Below are positions 26,950 through 40,802 of a DNA stretch of 64,000 bases, piece by piece. The notes under the pieces are model-generated. The model was not told where the DNA came from and ran no database searches. It worked only from the letters and a program-made list of their open reading frames with translations. The stretch spans positions 229,083-293,082 of the forward strand of contig NMRA01000411.1 in the NCBI GenBank assembly GCA_002633005.1, in the 5' to 3' direction. The first letter of the stretch is position 1. Each line of letters begins with the position of its first letter. The position numbers were made by a program, and so were the translations under genes. The stretch is from Phoronis australis (lineage: Eukaryota; Animalia; Phoronida).

Positions 26950-27061
26950 ATATGTCTCCATTTTAACCTACCATATTGAATATTTACCGGTAAGCTTTAT
27001 ATGCAATATGTCTCCATTTTAACCTAGCATATTGAATATTTACTGGTAAGCTTTATATGCA
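26950..27061. repeat. 56-bp tandem duplication
   Basis: 26950-27005 and 27006-27061 differ at 2 positions. Confidence 0.95.
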
Positions 27062-30000
27062 AACAAATAAGTGACCATTTAGATAGTAGACAGCAAAATT
27101 TGTATAAGAAGATTCAAATTGTGAATGGAAGACAATCAAAGTAATGGTTTTATGCTCAGGTGTGATCAATGTGTTTTCAAAGGCAACATGTCTGGCTTTC
27201 GTAACTTGTTCCTGAGCTGCGTTCAGGGAAATTAGATAACGGAAATGGGCGAAGATAGATGATGAGTTTCTGACTGTGACCGAGGTACAAATCGTGTGCA
27301 AATTTAGACTAAAAGGTTGGTAGCGAAAAAGAGGAAAATGTTGGAGCGTGTTCCGTATTACTTTATTTGATTTTATATTTTTTCAAGTGATTGAACTAGA
27401 ATGACCCTTGAGATAAGGTCTTTAAGGTTTCCATGGATACGATACTCCCAGGTGACGAAAAGTGTTATAAATGACTTGTAATTAAACGGATGTAGCTAAA
27501 TGACTCGTTACCTAATTTTCTGGAAAACAACTAAATTGACTCCAATTAACTGTGGTCTTTGTTTCGGGTCTCAGCAAAGGTGAAGTCTGTATTCAAAATG
27601 CACCGTTTGAAAATCAAATGACTTTGATAAATAAATAGCCATTGTCGCAAGACACATTGCAATTTTCTGCTCTTAAATTTGGTTGTGGTAATTAGTTTTT
27701 TTTTACAATAGTTGTGAAAAAAATCAGCCCCTGCTTTAAAAAAATAACCTCTCATTTTCTTTTATAACACCTGTCAAAATTGCACTATTTTTAGTGCTTT
27801 GTTAAAAATCTGACTGGATGTCGGTGAAATTTCCTTTACTCTGTAAAACATTTGGAGGACTATTCTACCCTATTTGTCCACTCTGTTATGCACTAAAATA
27901 ATGCAGAATGTATTTCCACTAAACTCTACCAAGAAGATGGCTCTGTTGTATCTTCATCGTGAAGGAACAAAAAAAGTAGATTGAGTAGATTAGAACAGCA
28001 AATCAAATTGATACTCGATTACGCGATATTTTTTCTTGTTAGAGGGGGAGGGGACAAATACTGCACAATTGCCTTCTAATGAATTAATCAAATTTTTTCA
28101 TGTCTGCATCGGTCTATAAATGTTCAAGGTTCAGTTGCTGCTCAGTTATGTCTAAGCCTGAATGCCTTTCTGTAGATTTTATTTTTGTAATGAATGGGCT
28201 AGACAGGAATCCATTACTCTAAAGATGTGAAGAAATTAGCCCTGTACATGGTTGATCCTCTCCTGATGTCTGTATATGTTGAGAATCTGTCTGGGGAGGA
28301 TAATGCCGTAGTGGTTTTATTCTAACCAGGATGCGGGCAATGGCGAGATCGTGTTTTAAGTGTGTGCGATGAAGTCTCATCGATTTAGGCCACGATATGG
28401 CCCGGCAAGTGAAATCTTATTATTTTTTTCATGAAACTTATGGACAGCAGCACCAATATTGGATGGTTTTCCATGTTCGAGTTTAGTACCACAAGAGTGC
28501 TGCTCTTGGATAAAATTTTGAAAAATTGTAGACGTTCACAACATTGAAAGAAATCCTTGAAAATGAAAAAATGCCAATTAATTTTGTCTAGAATTCATGA
28601 GTTTTTACTGAAAATTGCTCATAAATTTGATAAAGAAACGATGTATTAGACTGGCCGTGAATTAAAAAAAAATAACCATGATATTAGCCTATTTTTACTG
28701 AAGAAATTCACCCAAATCATTTTTATATCGGTTCTTCACAATTAATTTGATCTTGCTGTATATTCAGCTGTCAGCCTCTTATAAAGCCCTTGTAAGGAGC
28801 ATGCTGATGTTGAAGATGATATCAGTTTCTGATAGTGAACCCCAGACTGTATATTTAGCAGATGTACTTTTCTATGGTCTTTATGTTACCAGTGCCGTAG
28901 CACTGCAGCTTGTCGTTTTTTTGCAAAAGCAAGATGTGTAGGCGAAAATGTGCGGCCGTGCGTATTTGCAGAATGGCTGTTCTAGCTCAAAGCGAAGCTG
29001 TTGAGAAACGGGCCGCAAGAAATTACTTTTGATATGGACCACTTATTGTTACGAAACTAGTATCAAGTTGTGCCATGGTGCTGGAGAAGAAGTGACACCT
29101 TGTGAATACATAACCAAGCTTAGCAAGCTAGCTTACCGTGAGAGGCCATTTTGTGAGCCCAGCTTGGACTCTAGCAATAGCGAACATTTATTTTTTTCTA
29201 GCCAAGAAATGATTGCTTATCATAGTGTGAAAAATGTGGAGACTAGTTTTTTGTAAATGTTATACTACAGCAATTCACTTCTTTAGTATGAGGTCATTTT
29301 GACGTTTTGAACGCCGGCAAATAAAATTAAAATATCAAAATTAAAAACACTTCTACTAAGCACGCCAGATTTGCATATAGCTGTAAATTACGGAGGACTT
29401 GGGAAATTATTACCTACCTATGTACCTGGTCAATCTTACTTCTTCTCAACTCCTTGGGAGTATACATTGGGTGCAATAGTTGTCAGAGCACACCCATAAT
29501 AATCCAAACACATAATTTTGTAATAAAATTAAAGTACTAGATTGACCCTGTGGTTTCCTGAATTGGAAAATAACCTGAGATGTGAAAAGTTTTTGAAAAT
29601 GTGATGTATGCATTCAGAGGATGTAATGTGCTAGAGCTGCTCATTTGCGAAAAAATGATGCCTTATTTCCCCAAATTGGTTGATAAATATGAAAGCTATT
29701 GGATTTTTTAAAATTCCGATCCGAGGCTTCTGGCTGCATTGGGCAAATAAGCATGTTGGGACCACCTCATGTATAAAATATTCCATTAATACCCCCAATG
29801 ACTTGTGTAATGTAGCTACCATTCTTGTGTTCTATCACCACAGCAAAGATGAAACTCTTGTCTTCATTAGTTTTCTAGTAATGTTGACTTAAAAATGTAA
29901 GCAAATTCATATTCCTACAGGGCAGCCATTTATCAAATTTGGTCCCGAAGCATTTTCATTTGATCATAAATGAATAATCATGCAGGAAAAGAACATTTTT

Positions 30001-31540
30001 ATACAATTTTAAATTGAGTTTTACATCTAGAACCAGTCTATCTTTTTCTGGCCAATAAGACCTCTGGAAACGGTGAAAAATACTGGTTTGGAAATGCCTC
30101 GAATCCAAATTTGCAGCATGATAATATAGTTCGAAAATGAGCGAATACTGCAAGGCTTAAAAAATTACAGAAGTAAAACTGCAGTAAAATTGCACGAAAT
30201 TTTCAGTATTCATGGTTTATAATATGTAGTGTCATACGAAGTAAAACAATGTGATTCTGCAAATATTCAAAAATACAAACACGAGATTGAAAGTTTGACA
30301 AAAAATACAAAAACACAAGCCGTAAACATTTACCTTGAAATTGTAAATTAGGGAAGTGAGTTGAAAGCGTCATGTTAGAATAAATAGGTGAATTCCTTTT
30401 CTGTTGAACAGGTATTGGGCACAATTCCCAGATACTTTCACTCCTTGCATAATAGAAAAAGCTACATTGAGAAATAAATGCGTTCCAATTGGTAAGTCAA
30501 GTTAGAGCCAGCTCCCAGGGCTACCTGTGGGAACACTGGTGCCTGGTCACTTGTCTATGACAATATCATTGGAACCAGGATGCGTAATTAGTGTTAAGAA
30601 TTAATTTAGTCTTCCGAATTTGACTACGGCTCTATTTCATGTAGAAAATAGAATTTCTTTGTAAACGAGATCATTTTTGTGTGTATCGACACCAGTCCGA
30701 CTTGTTCATCTCCTCAAGTATTGTGACATTCATTAACAGATGATCAATTAACAACTTTTGAGAGTATACTGACATATTTAAAAAGCACAAGGCCTATCTT
30801 GGCTAAAGTGGCAGGGCAGTCGGTGTTGGTGGAGTAGAAATCGTCAGTGTCACCTGAGGACTCCAGCAGAGATGTCGTCGCCATTTTGATTTCTGAGTAG
30901 AGTTTCCCTGCGTATACTCAGCGGCGCATTTGCGCTGTGCGTAGCTTTGAAATATAATGTCTCGCTTTGAGAAGTCCAATGAACAAGCTTTAATTTTGAT
31001 ACAAATATCACTGTTATTATATACACAAGTCCAAAACTAGAACATTTTAAAGTTTTCATCCCAAAATTTGACAATGTTCTGTTTGGAAATATACTTTGAA
31101 AAATATATGAAACCAAAGCTGAAGAATTTGGTTCTCTGTACTTGTTGTTTGAGAACATGAAGCAAGCACTTAAATTTTGTGGTGATGACTCGCTAAGACA
31201 AACGTGCAGTCAGCCATTAAGCATACCACAGTTAAATAAATTTTTTTCTTTACTTTTTAGATGTTGGATATTAATGCGAATTATATAATTAGAAAGCTTA
31301 TGAACTGGTCTTTCTGGTTGCGTGTTGTTTGTCCGCAAATGATATAAAATTAAGTCGTAGGAGCGATGTGAAAGCTATGTTTTTTTGTGGTTGACCATCC
31401 ATTTCCAATGGATTTACAGACATACTTGTACCTGGTAATAGTGTAAGTCAGAACTGCACGGCAGGTCTGAGCCGTGCGTGGGCAGGGAAGTTCAGGTGCT
31501 CTGTAATAATTACAGGTGCGAACCAAACATTCATGGAGCA

Positions 31541-32067
31541 TCTATGTGCTTCTTGTTTAGAATTACTTGAAACAAACCAAAGAAGACCACTGCTCCTTTC
31601 AAGTTTAATAATAGTTTTGTTTTGTCTTTCGAAAGGGCTTGTTGAAATTATCCACTTGCGTACACTGGAAAGAGTTTCCAAATTTATTGCCATCTTACTA
31701 TATGGGAGGTTCAGCGTTCTGAAATTTGCCTGGTGTTCAAGTTTTTTTACAGTGATAATGACTANGTTCTGTATTTGGCTAAAAAAATCTGTATTTTTGT
31801 GTCAAAGAGTCTGTATTTCAATCAAAAGGGGTTGGCAGCTCTGTCTATGTGCTTCTTGTTTAGAATTACTTGAAACAAACCAAAGAAGACCACTGCTCCT
31901 TTCAAGTTTAATAATAGTTTTGTTTTGTCTTTCGAAAGGGCTTGTTGAAATTATCCACTTGCGTACACTGGAAAGAGTTTCCAAATTTATTGCCATCTTA
32001 CTATATGGGAGGTTCAGCGTTCTGAAATTTGCCTGGTGTTCAAGTTTTTTTACAGTGATAATGACTA
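31541..32067. other. Scaffold junction (single N at 31765) with duplicated 224-bp overlap
   Basis: 31541-31764 is repeated at 31844-32067; the 78 bp between end in TTGGCAGCTCTG. Confidence 0.9.
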
Positions 32068-32302
32068 ACAGAAAAGCTCTTTGTCTGACCCATTTTCTCT
32101 TTAAATGTATTGTTAAAAAGCCCCACCTAAAGCAAAAATGCAGTTACTGCGCTGAGTCTGATATTTAATCAGATAATGTATCTGAATGTGAAATGCTCTT
32201 TGAATTAGTCCTGGCTTTTGATAGACAGCTGTTGAATAAGTTCACCTGATTACACAACATTAGAGGAAGTCATGAGGTTGACATAAAAATTGATATCCCA
32301 AT

Positions 32303-33030
32303 GCGACCTCAGATTGTGTTTGGCAACGTGGGAGAAATCTCAAGTTGCTACGAAGTCGCCACCGCGAGTATCAAAGTCGGAAAATAAGTTTCCCTAAATT
32401 CGTTTCAGAAGTTTTTGTTGACTACGAAACTTAAGATAACTAATAATATTCCTAGATTTATTACCTTTTGTTCACAATTGTTCCGTATATTTCACAAAGT
32501 CAGAGCATGTGCCAGAGCAGTAGTCAGCACACATGAAACACGTGTTCAAGTTATAACAGGAAGTAAACAGACGGAAGTGGGAAATGTCGGGTAAATATCG
32601 GGAAGAACCTTTGAACCACACGCCACCATTGTCGTCGGTGTTCTGTATTCTTTTGTCGGCCGGAAGAATTGCGGGAATGGCTGTAGGTTTTGCTCGACAA
32701 CTTTCACGCCAGGATTGACAAACTCCAAATTTCGTTTGGCGGCCTGAATTTTCAACTATGGCGACCTCAGATTTCGTTTGGCACTTGGCAAAAACCTGAG
32801 GTTTCGCCAAACGTTAAGCTAAGTGTCAGAGCGCTGTATCCTAAAAGTAAAACCAATCAAATGACGTTTTGCAAGAGAAAAACAAAAAGAAAGTTATTTG
32901 TGATTTTGCTTTCTGGTTTCGATAGTTAGCTTAACATCAACTTGCCAAATTCCTAGGTCGCCAAACAGGAACAGAGGTCTCCAAACTTCATATGCAAAAG
33001 CCAAAAATAAAATAAACAAAATCTGAGGCT
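32303..33030. mobile_element. Dispersed repeat with internal GCGACCTCAGATT direct/inverted motifs, family M copy 1
   Basis: GCGACCTCAGATT at 32303 and 32761, inverted CTAGGTCGCC (~32953) and AATCTGAGG (~33020); colinear similarity to 53341-53853 (GAAGTCGCCAC.GC.AG.ATCAAAGT.GGA.AATAA; AACAGGAAGTAAACA). Confidence 0.7.
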
Positions 33031-34073
33031 TACTTCTTATCCAAATTGATAACCAGACAGTAGATTGATTGTCTTGTGAGGACGAAAATGGATATTGATT
33101 ATTTTATGTTTGTTTTCGAAAAGATTCTAATGGCTCCTAATTTAAATGTTAACTTCTAAGTCAAGTCCCATTGAAACCGGCTTAAGTAATGAGATGGCGC
33201 TAGCTTTTATGTGGTATTTATTTTCTTTTAATGGATTAATCAGTTTCTTGCTCATGACACGCATGAGCGCATTTCATGTTAAATCGCATCCTCTTATGCA
33301 ATACCTAATTGTTCATTACTTCAATACACAGATTACTGTTTATAATTCTCACACTTTTCATGTACTTTTTTCATGTTCATCTCTAGCAACGTTGTATTTT
33401 TTGTGAAAAGCAGCTGATTCTAGTAATTTCCCACTCTGATCTGGTATGATACATGCGTGTGTGGTTTCACGACGCTGTTTTTTGCAACACGGAACAGTGT
33501 TTTTTATTTTAAAAGCCTACATATCAGCATTACATCAAGGATGATTTTGATTAATTACGGTAAAATCTGAGCAATTAACCATACATTATGGCGGACAAGT
33601 AAAATTGTATAATTCTCATTTTTGCCATAATAGTTATGTTGCACCTAGTTAATGCTTTCTCATAGCTACCATCAGACAATATTTTGAAAAATTATGAACA
33701 TTCACATCATGTTAGAAGCCCTAGAAAAATGAAAAAGGGCAACTTTTGACGAATCTTCTCCAAAGTTTCTGAGATTTTACTGCTGCTGTAAAACTGGTCT
33801 CAATCCTTTCCTTACTCAGGTGACAGTTATTATTCGCTACCAATATGCTCAATGCACAAAATGACCTGCCAAATTACTGTGGCAGAAAACATCTCTAATC
33901 TGTGCAAGGAAGATATTTAGCCCATCTTGTTAAGTGTATGTGACCTGCGCCAAATGTTAGCTTTTTGATGGAATGTGGGGTTTTTAGGTTTCTAAATCTG
34001 CCTGAAATTAATACTTGCCATTAGGGAATACAGGTTAGTGTGTCTAACGTCTTCGGAGATGGCATGGTGGGAT

Positions 34074-34418
34074 GTCCATCCTCCGAAGGCTCAGCACTAG
34101 AAGTCGTCCACATGGCTGTCCATCCTCTGAAGGCTCAGCACTAGAAGTCGTCCACATGACTGTCCATCCTCTGAAGGCTCAGCACTAGAAGTCGTCCACA
34201 TGGCTGTCCATCCTCCGAAGGCTCAGCACTAGAAGTCGTCCACATGGATGTCCATCCTCCGAAGGCTCAGCACTAGAAGTAGTCCACATGGCTGTCCATC
34301 CTCTGAAGGCTCAGCACTAGAAGTCGTCCACATGGCTGTCCATCCTCTGAAGGCTCAGCACTAGAAGTCGTCCACATGGCTGTCCATCCTCTGAAGGCTC
34401 AGCACAAGAAGTCGTCCA
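34074..34418. repeat. Minisatellite, 44-bp unit GTCCATCCTCYGAAGGCTCAGCACTAGAAGTCGTCCACATGGCT, ~7.8 copies
   Basis: Units start at 34074, 34118, ... 34382; very few substitutions, no spacers. Confidence 0.97.
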
Positions 34419-36490
34419 AAGAAATTTATGTTTTACTCAGACCATTTACCAGGATAAAACTGACTTCAACTTGTTGCTTACTCAGATGAGACGTGTTTCT
34501 AAGCTAGGAAAGAAATGACTTGGAATATTTTGTGACAGTGTTTGGTACATAAAGTGACAAGCAAACAATAATGAATTGTGTATTGGGCCCAACCATAAGG
34601 CCTCCGCACGTCTGATGTACCGCAAAAGACAGAGCACCTACACTCTTTTTTGAATATGGAATTGCCAGTTCCTCCAAGCCTAGAAATCTACTTCGATTTA
34701 AGTATGGAACAAATTCATTGGGAACAAATTTCACGACTGGTTTTAATCAAGTTATTGATTGTGTGTTAGGGACAAATGTTTGAAATTAAATTGATTTTAA
34801 TTACGCAAAAGATTAGTTGTATACCGTAACTCTGCATCTCATGATGTTAACTTGCCGAAGTTTTTATATCCTTGCTAAAATAAATTTCCATTCTGTCTAG
34901 TTATAGTAATTAACTTTAATGTTATATTTTAGAGGCTGTAAATTGGCTGAGATCTTAAATTTTAGTCTTGTAAACACATGCTTCTGATTTCTGAGTTATG
35001 GAGCATTAGACCAAGTAGTTAAAGGCTTTTTACATATTTGAAACATAAAAAACAAATGAGTCACAGTCATGTCTCTATGCTTTGTACGTCAAAGACTTAG
35101 CCCAATAGGCAAAACCTCTGGCATTTTTGCCTCTTTAAGTTATGCTGCATTAAAACTTGGGAAGGACTGGTAAGCTTTTTCTCACCTGTGTTGAGGGTTT
35201 GCTAAGAGGACGATTTGTCTGTCCACCAAGGCACATCCGGAAACTTTCTGAAAAATCAATAGTCGCCGGTTTCCAAACTACTTATCGAGACAAGATGTCT
35301 GAGATTGACTACGTTTGTTCAGGCTGTACTTAACACTGAGACATATTTATATCGTGCCCATGTTTGTATGCTACCATATCCGTTTTTGGTCTCTCAAGTC
35401 AATGTTCTTGTAGTCGGCCTAGTTGTCTATAGCAAAGTCTCACCAATTTCTTACAAAAATTAAATGCCGAAATAAAACAAGACATAGAGTTCCAATCGTT
35501 AGCCATTTTGTGTCTGAAAGTGCTAAGGTCTCCCGTAGTGAGATTGCATATACAATGAATTTCAAAATCTGTGGGGAGTTGTCTTTTATTGTTGGCCACT
35601 ATGAAATCGAGGGAACACTGACATTATGTACACATAATCGGACTGAACTTAAATAATATTTCTGTACGCTTTGGCCCTAGTTTTATCTTAGATCAGTTCC
35701 GTAGTAATTCATCGGTCAGTATCCTCACTGTGAAGAATGTTGTGATCTCGTTTGAAACCCCTCCTTACTCTAATAATTAGCTAGTTTTAGGCCTGAGGAC
35801 AGTACTTGTATTCTATGGTCTCTCAGCATTGTTAAATAACAAGTTATGTTATGTCCTATGGCACTTTTCACAAAAATAATCCCACTCGTATGACCTTGCT
35901 GTTGACACGGTGGTGAAATTCTTTAAACCAATCTCTTGGCGCTTGAAGACATTTTCTCATATTTAAAATGGTGTGGTGCTGTGGGTACGTGTCATTCAGT
36001 TGAGTGGTATCAATCATTATCTGTAGCCTATTCTTATCTGGCATGAAATGGTCTCCACTGGCTGCTATGAGGTAACAGACAGTTTCAACTTGATTTAATC
36101 AAGGTGTTTATGTAGGTTGTGTAATGATGTTGGGTAGCAACCGTAGCTTTTCCTTGGTGATTCACCTCCATAAATTCTTTAGCCATATTTGAAAAAACTC
36201 CAGCCATGTTTAAAATTTTAAGCCGTGTTTGAAAAGTCAGAGTTGCAAGATAAGGGATTATAATAGTGTTGTATGGTAGTACTTATTTTTGATTGTTTTG
36301 CAGTTAAAATGACAGTGGCATGCTCAGTGTCTTAATGTTATGTGTAAGGTGAATTACCGTAACGTAAAGGAAAGTAGGATACAAAAACATGACGAATTTG
36401 CACCATGAATTTTTGCTCAGGGACAACCCTGTATTGCCCCCCCCCCTCTGGTGGACTTCACCAACTAGGTAATGACATTCATGCTATTGC

Positions 36491-36813
36491 AAGGACATTT
36501 TTGGTGAGAAAATTAATTTTACAGAACTGATTTAGCTGTAATGTATAATGAAACTCACGAACTCTGCAGTATCAGCCGAGTGTTCTGCTCACACTTTGAA
36601 TAACAGTGTTTTAAGCATGTTTAATTGGTAGAGACACCGGCGTTGCTTTCAGCGAATGTCTGGCAGACAACGACGAGAATTGGAGATTTGTAATAAAATC
36701 GCAAAAACAACAGATTGTATAGCTCTAATCAAAGCTAATAACTTCAAGAAGTCTATCCCATTCAAGAATAATCCTCAAAATGTGTTTTTCATCGGTAAAG
36801 CGATACTGTCCCT
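36491..36813 (-). mobile_element. Family K copy 3
   Basis: AAGGACATTTTTGGTGAGAAAA start, TTTCAGCGAATGTCTGGCAG..GAGAATTGGAGATTTGTAATAAAATCGCAAAAAC core, GTCCCT|TTTA end; tRNA-like part strongly decayed. Confidence 0.7.
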
Positions 36814-38746
36814 TTTACTGGTAGGATTTTTTTCCTGCCAGTCTGAGAGTATTTTGATGTACATTACAATAGTGTGGTGAAAGACTTCTAAAACAAGACT
36901 GAACTTGGGTTGACTGGTAGGTGAACGCAGTCTAGGTCAGGAATATACATGTATTTAAAAAAAGTAATGATATGTTTGTCTAACAATTAGGGATATCAAT
37001 GCTAATTTGCATTGCTTTGAAAGGGTGCAATAAACTCACGGCTTTTGTCAAGAAACAACACTTGATTTATGCCCATTATCACTGTAAAATCAGTTGTTAT
37101 TGTTTCAGACCTGGCACATTAAGTCGACTTGTCATGGTGCATTTGTTACAGGCGCCAAAGTATTATGACCGTGGAGGGAAGTCCTGTCGTTTTATTGCGA
37201 CTAATTTCCTTTCAGAGAAACAATAAGAACGCAATGACATACGGGTACTTAGGTAGAGGAAATGTACCTACGAAGAAAGATGATTTGGACACCAGAACAC
37301 ACTTATAGGGGGCTTTAATATTAATAATTTGAACACTGGAGATTACGAAAATATTCACATTCTTTTAATTCAGTTTACAGTGGGGCAGCTTTTCTTATAA
37401 GTATTTTTAACAAGGTTCACCTCACCTCAATGACTTGCTTTCTCACATGCGAACCTGATAAAGGCAATTCTCTTTAGTCAACCAGACAGCACAGGATTTG
37501 TGTTTGGGTCTGTCAAATGAGATTAAACAAGCTGATCTACTGCTGTATACTTACCTCCTTATATGTAATGATATCAGATAGATACCGAAATAAAGATCAT
37601 TCATTAGGTAAAGGTATTTCTTGTAGGTTTAAATATGAACTGTTTAGTGGTGTGTTGGATTCTCAAAAGCTGACATACGATACGGCTCTTGGATCATACA
37701 CAAATGAATGGCTGGCTTAAGGAACAAGATGAACTGATTTTATGTTACAGGACCTCAATCAATAGTTCTTTAAAAGCACAAGTTTATTGGCTCTTTAAAA
37801 CAGAATAATTGCTTTCTGTCAAAAAATAATTGATTTAGGGCGCTAACTATAGCAGATCTAGTCTTAAAGCCCAACTTCAATGGAATTTTGTTGCTTTATG
37901 TCTATTAGGCTAACCAGTCCTAGCAAAACCTTAGCAAAATACGAAAGCGCAAGTAAAATCACTCAAATGTAGGCCCATCACATAACAGGTGAAGTTACCC
38001 TTTCATGCCATATTGCATCACCTTGAGATCCCAGCACAATCGATAAAAGGTCGAAAACAGTTGTATTGAATAGGGGTCGGAATAGAACACCTTTGCATGA
38101 GTGTGAGTGTTATTCACAGCTGTTTGAAGTAAAAGTGACGTAGACAAAAGCAAGCCAATACACCCCTAAAAGTTCTTTACATGTGACAGCAGAGGGCTCA
38201 GAGCGATGCTCTTAACATACTGTAGGAACCAAATTAACAGGTGTTACTGTTCCTGATAGGCTTTAACTGTTAGTTACTCGATTAAAGGAGATTCGAGTCC
38301 AACAGGTTGTTATTGCTTGAGTTCAGGCTCAATAAGTTGGCTGATTACGGCGGGTCATTTTATGTGCCACAGCCTGGTCTCGGTCGCTTACTGGATTTTC
38401 AGTGCTTCCGTAAGTCAAAAGCCATTTCTCACCTGTGCAAGGAAAAAGCCGAACCCAATTTTAACGAAGAATTCCTCTATTTTATGTCGGCGTCTTGGAC
38501 GACCAAAGTCGAGTTTATAATCGCTTTAAGCATTGTTTACATGCAGAGCACAGCTATGTAAAAAATAGAAATGCTGGGAAGCCCTTGAGTCAGTATGGTC
38601 GTCAGGGTAGTGCTTTACATTTCGTCACAGTCTATAAACGAATGGATAAAAACGTGATGTCATTGATTTAGAAAAGCAAATATGCTTGTGAAGAAAGGCA
38701 GAGTTTACAGGAGCTTTAAACTGAAAACCTTTTCTTATTGTTTCAG

Positions 38747-38829
38747 AATCTTCTGATCCTGTCCTGTTTCAGTTATGAGTGGTATCAGAGTGACATGTTG
38801 TGTCTGGAGTCAGGCGGGGGCGTTAAGAG
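38747..38829 (+). other. Candidate internal exon (83 nt; alternative acceptor gives 57 nt)
   Basis: CTTTTCTTATTGTTTCAG acceptor ending 38746, GAG|GTAAGC donor; one frame open (NLLILSCFSYEWYQSDMLCLESGGGVK) but not recognisable. Confidence 0.4.
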
Positions 38830-40459
38830 GTAAGCACAGCTTTGAAAGTCTTGTGGAAACGTCACGTTTGAGCAAATACCATGTAGGTTGTCGTAGGCAG
38901 TGTACTGAGTCACACGGCTTAATGTCCAGTGCGCTTAAATTGGGAAATTAAAAAAGGAAGGTGTGGGCAAGGAGTTGAGTATTAAGAAGCAGAATTTTGA
39001 GGAGTTGGGAAAAGGGTGTTTACTGGCATGTTGGGTTTGCTCCCTCAAAGGTCATCCACCATTTTTGCACACATGTATGATAATGTCACAATGAGCATGA
39101 ACCAAAATGAGCTTGTTGACTTCGATCGAGTATGGGCTTTTTTCTGTTGAAATATGGCATTTCGCTGCAAAAACTGAGTGAATTTTTGTACATTTTGTAG
39201 GCTAAAATTCTCGTGAGGTGGGTGTTTATAAAGACACTGATGCTGAGTCATTTGTAAAAATGGTAATGGGTACTAAGCCGAGCACAGGTGTTCAAAATTG
39301 AAAATTCACAGGGTATACGTTAAGCCAAAAATGGGGTTTTACGGGGACGATTACGATATCTTGTGATGCAGTACCATGCCAAGACTTGTATGATGACACA
39401 TGGTTTACCTCAAAATCCAACTGCTGCTTGCTGGTTTGGTTATAAGCCCAATTGTGTTGCACACCCAGTAGAATGAGAAGCATAATATGGCAACATTACA
39501 CAAAAGTTTTAGATTTTAAAAATTACATTTCTTGTCCGATTTTCAAAATGCAAAAACCTAATCACGTGTACTTTTCACGAACTATTCAAATATTCTAATT
39601 AAAAACTCAAAATGGAGATTTAAAAATACTATTGTCGCCCCAGTGTGTTTATGATGGGTCCGATTATCTAGAGAACGATAACATTAGCAGTCTGGGGCAA
39701 TGCAATTAAGTACAACAGCTCAGTGTCTTTGATCATTGCGGCAGATTTCGAGGTATGCCAACTGGTCGAGAGTGTCAATGTAGGATACTTTTCATGGCTG
39801 CTGCTTGCTGTAGTATAGAAGATAAATGACCACCTGTACCAAGGAGTATCCAGGCAGTAGGATTATGGGAATCTAATCTTTGGATTCTGGAGTATATTTA
39901 AACAGCACTTACAGCATATTAAAGCTACTGTGTGCTGCTCGGCGCGTAATAGTTGTAGGAGCTGAAGAAAAAAATTACTTAAAATTCATTAAAAAGCTCT
40001 GTGCAATTTGCACTGCTACTAATTTAAGTGGCGATGACTTCTTCGATACTCGAGTGATTTTGCAAAACTGGCAACACTGCTTTATTGGAGTCACTTCCTT
40101 TTAGTTCAGTGTCCACAGGTTAGTGATTACCATGGCGACAGACTACTTGTTCTCTGCCCTCATTCAGTCTCTACCTGAGTGTGGGTACCTGAGTCACCTG
40201 ATGTGAATGAATCACGGTTTTGAATAATTCATTTACAGGCCACATGAACTAAAGGTTTGCCTTGGGGTTGGTTATGCAAATTGCCTCCATCATTCACTTT
40301 GCTCATCCACTGTATAATTACAGTTCAGGGGGCTTCATTTTGGTGTGGGTAGTCTTGCTTCTTCCAAAATTAATTCAGAATTATTCGTAGTTTAGGGATC
40401 AGTGTAGTAGGTACATTTTCATACACATTTGCATATTTCTTTCCTCCCGTCACATGGTT

Positions 40460-40802
40460 TTAAAGGTCACGGCAAAAAGTCCATGCATCAGTTGATTTTG
40501 GCGACCTTGACTTTCTCTGTCAAGGTCATTTGGGGGATATTAAAGAGTGGTGATATCTCAAGAAGAGAGTTTTCCGTTATGTTTGCGTTTGATAATTTAG
40601 GTATTGGTGAAGTGTCTTCATGCTCCAGTTGGCGACCTTTTCAAGGTCATAGCTTGAAATTAAAAATTCTACTAGGAAAATGTAGCCGGGATGTTTCAAG
40701 AAAGAAGCTTTACCTTTTGTTCATATTTTTACTGTGGTGTAGGTTGAGACTCTGCAGACAGTAGTCGAGTTTGATGACCTTGAACTTCTTTTCAAGGTTA
40801 CC
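40460..40802. repeat. Degenerate GACCTTGA..TCAAGGTCA periodic repeat (Helitron/Helentron-associated satellite type)
   Basis: Hairpins GACCTTGAC-7nt-GTCAAGGTC (40503-40527), GACCTTTTCAAGGTC (~40634), TGACCTTGAA..TTCAAGGTTA (40775-40800); spacing ~130-140 bp. Confidence 0.6.

Noticed and set aside
31533-32168. Longest ORF (211 aa) with an internal repeat
   Set aside because: Runs across the N junction; the repeat is the haplotype duplication.
34074-34418. CRISPR-like array
   Set aside because: Units are contiguous near-identical repeats with no unique spacers, there are no cas genes, and the context is eukaryotic.
38310-38335. miRNA seed look-alikes (TTATTGCTTGAG here; TCCCTGAGA at 60781; TAAGGCACG at 24034)
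   Set aside because: Matches stop after 9-12 nt and there is no pre-miRNA-sized hairpin.
40460-40802. Nuclear-receptor response elements (AGGTCA half-sites)
   Set aside because: Better explained as the internal motif of a common periodic repeat.
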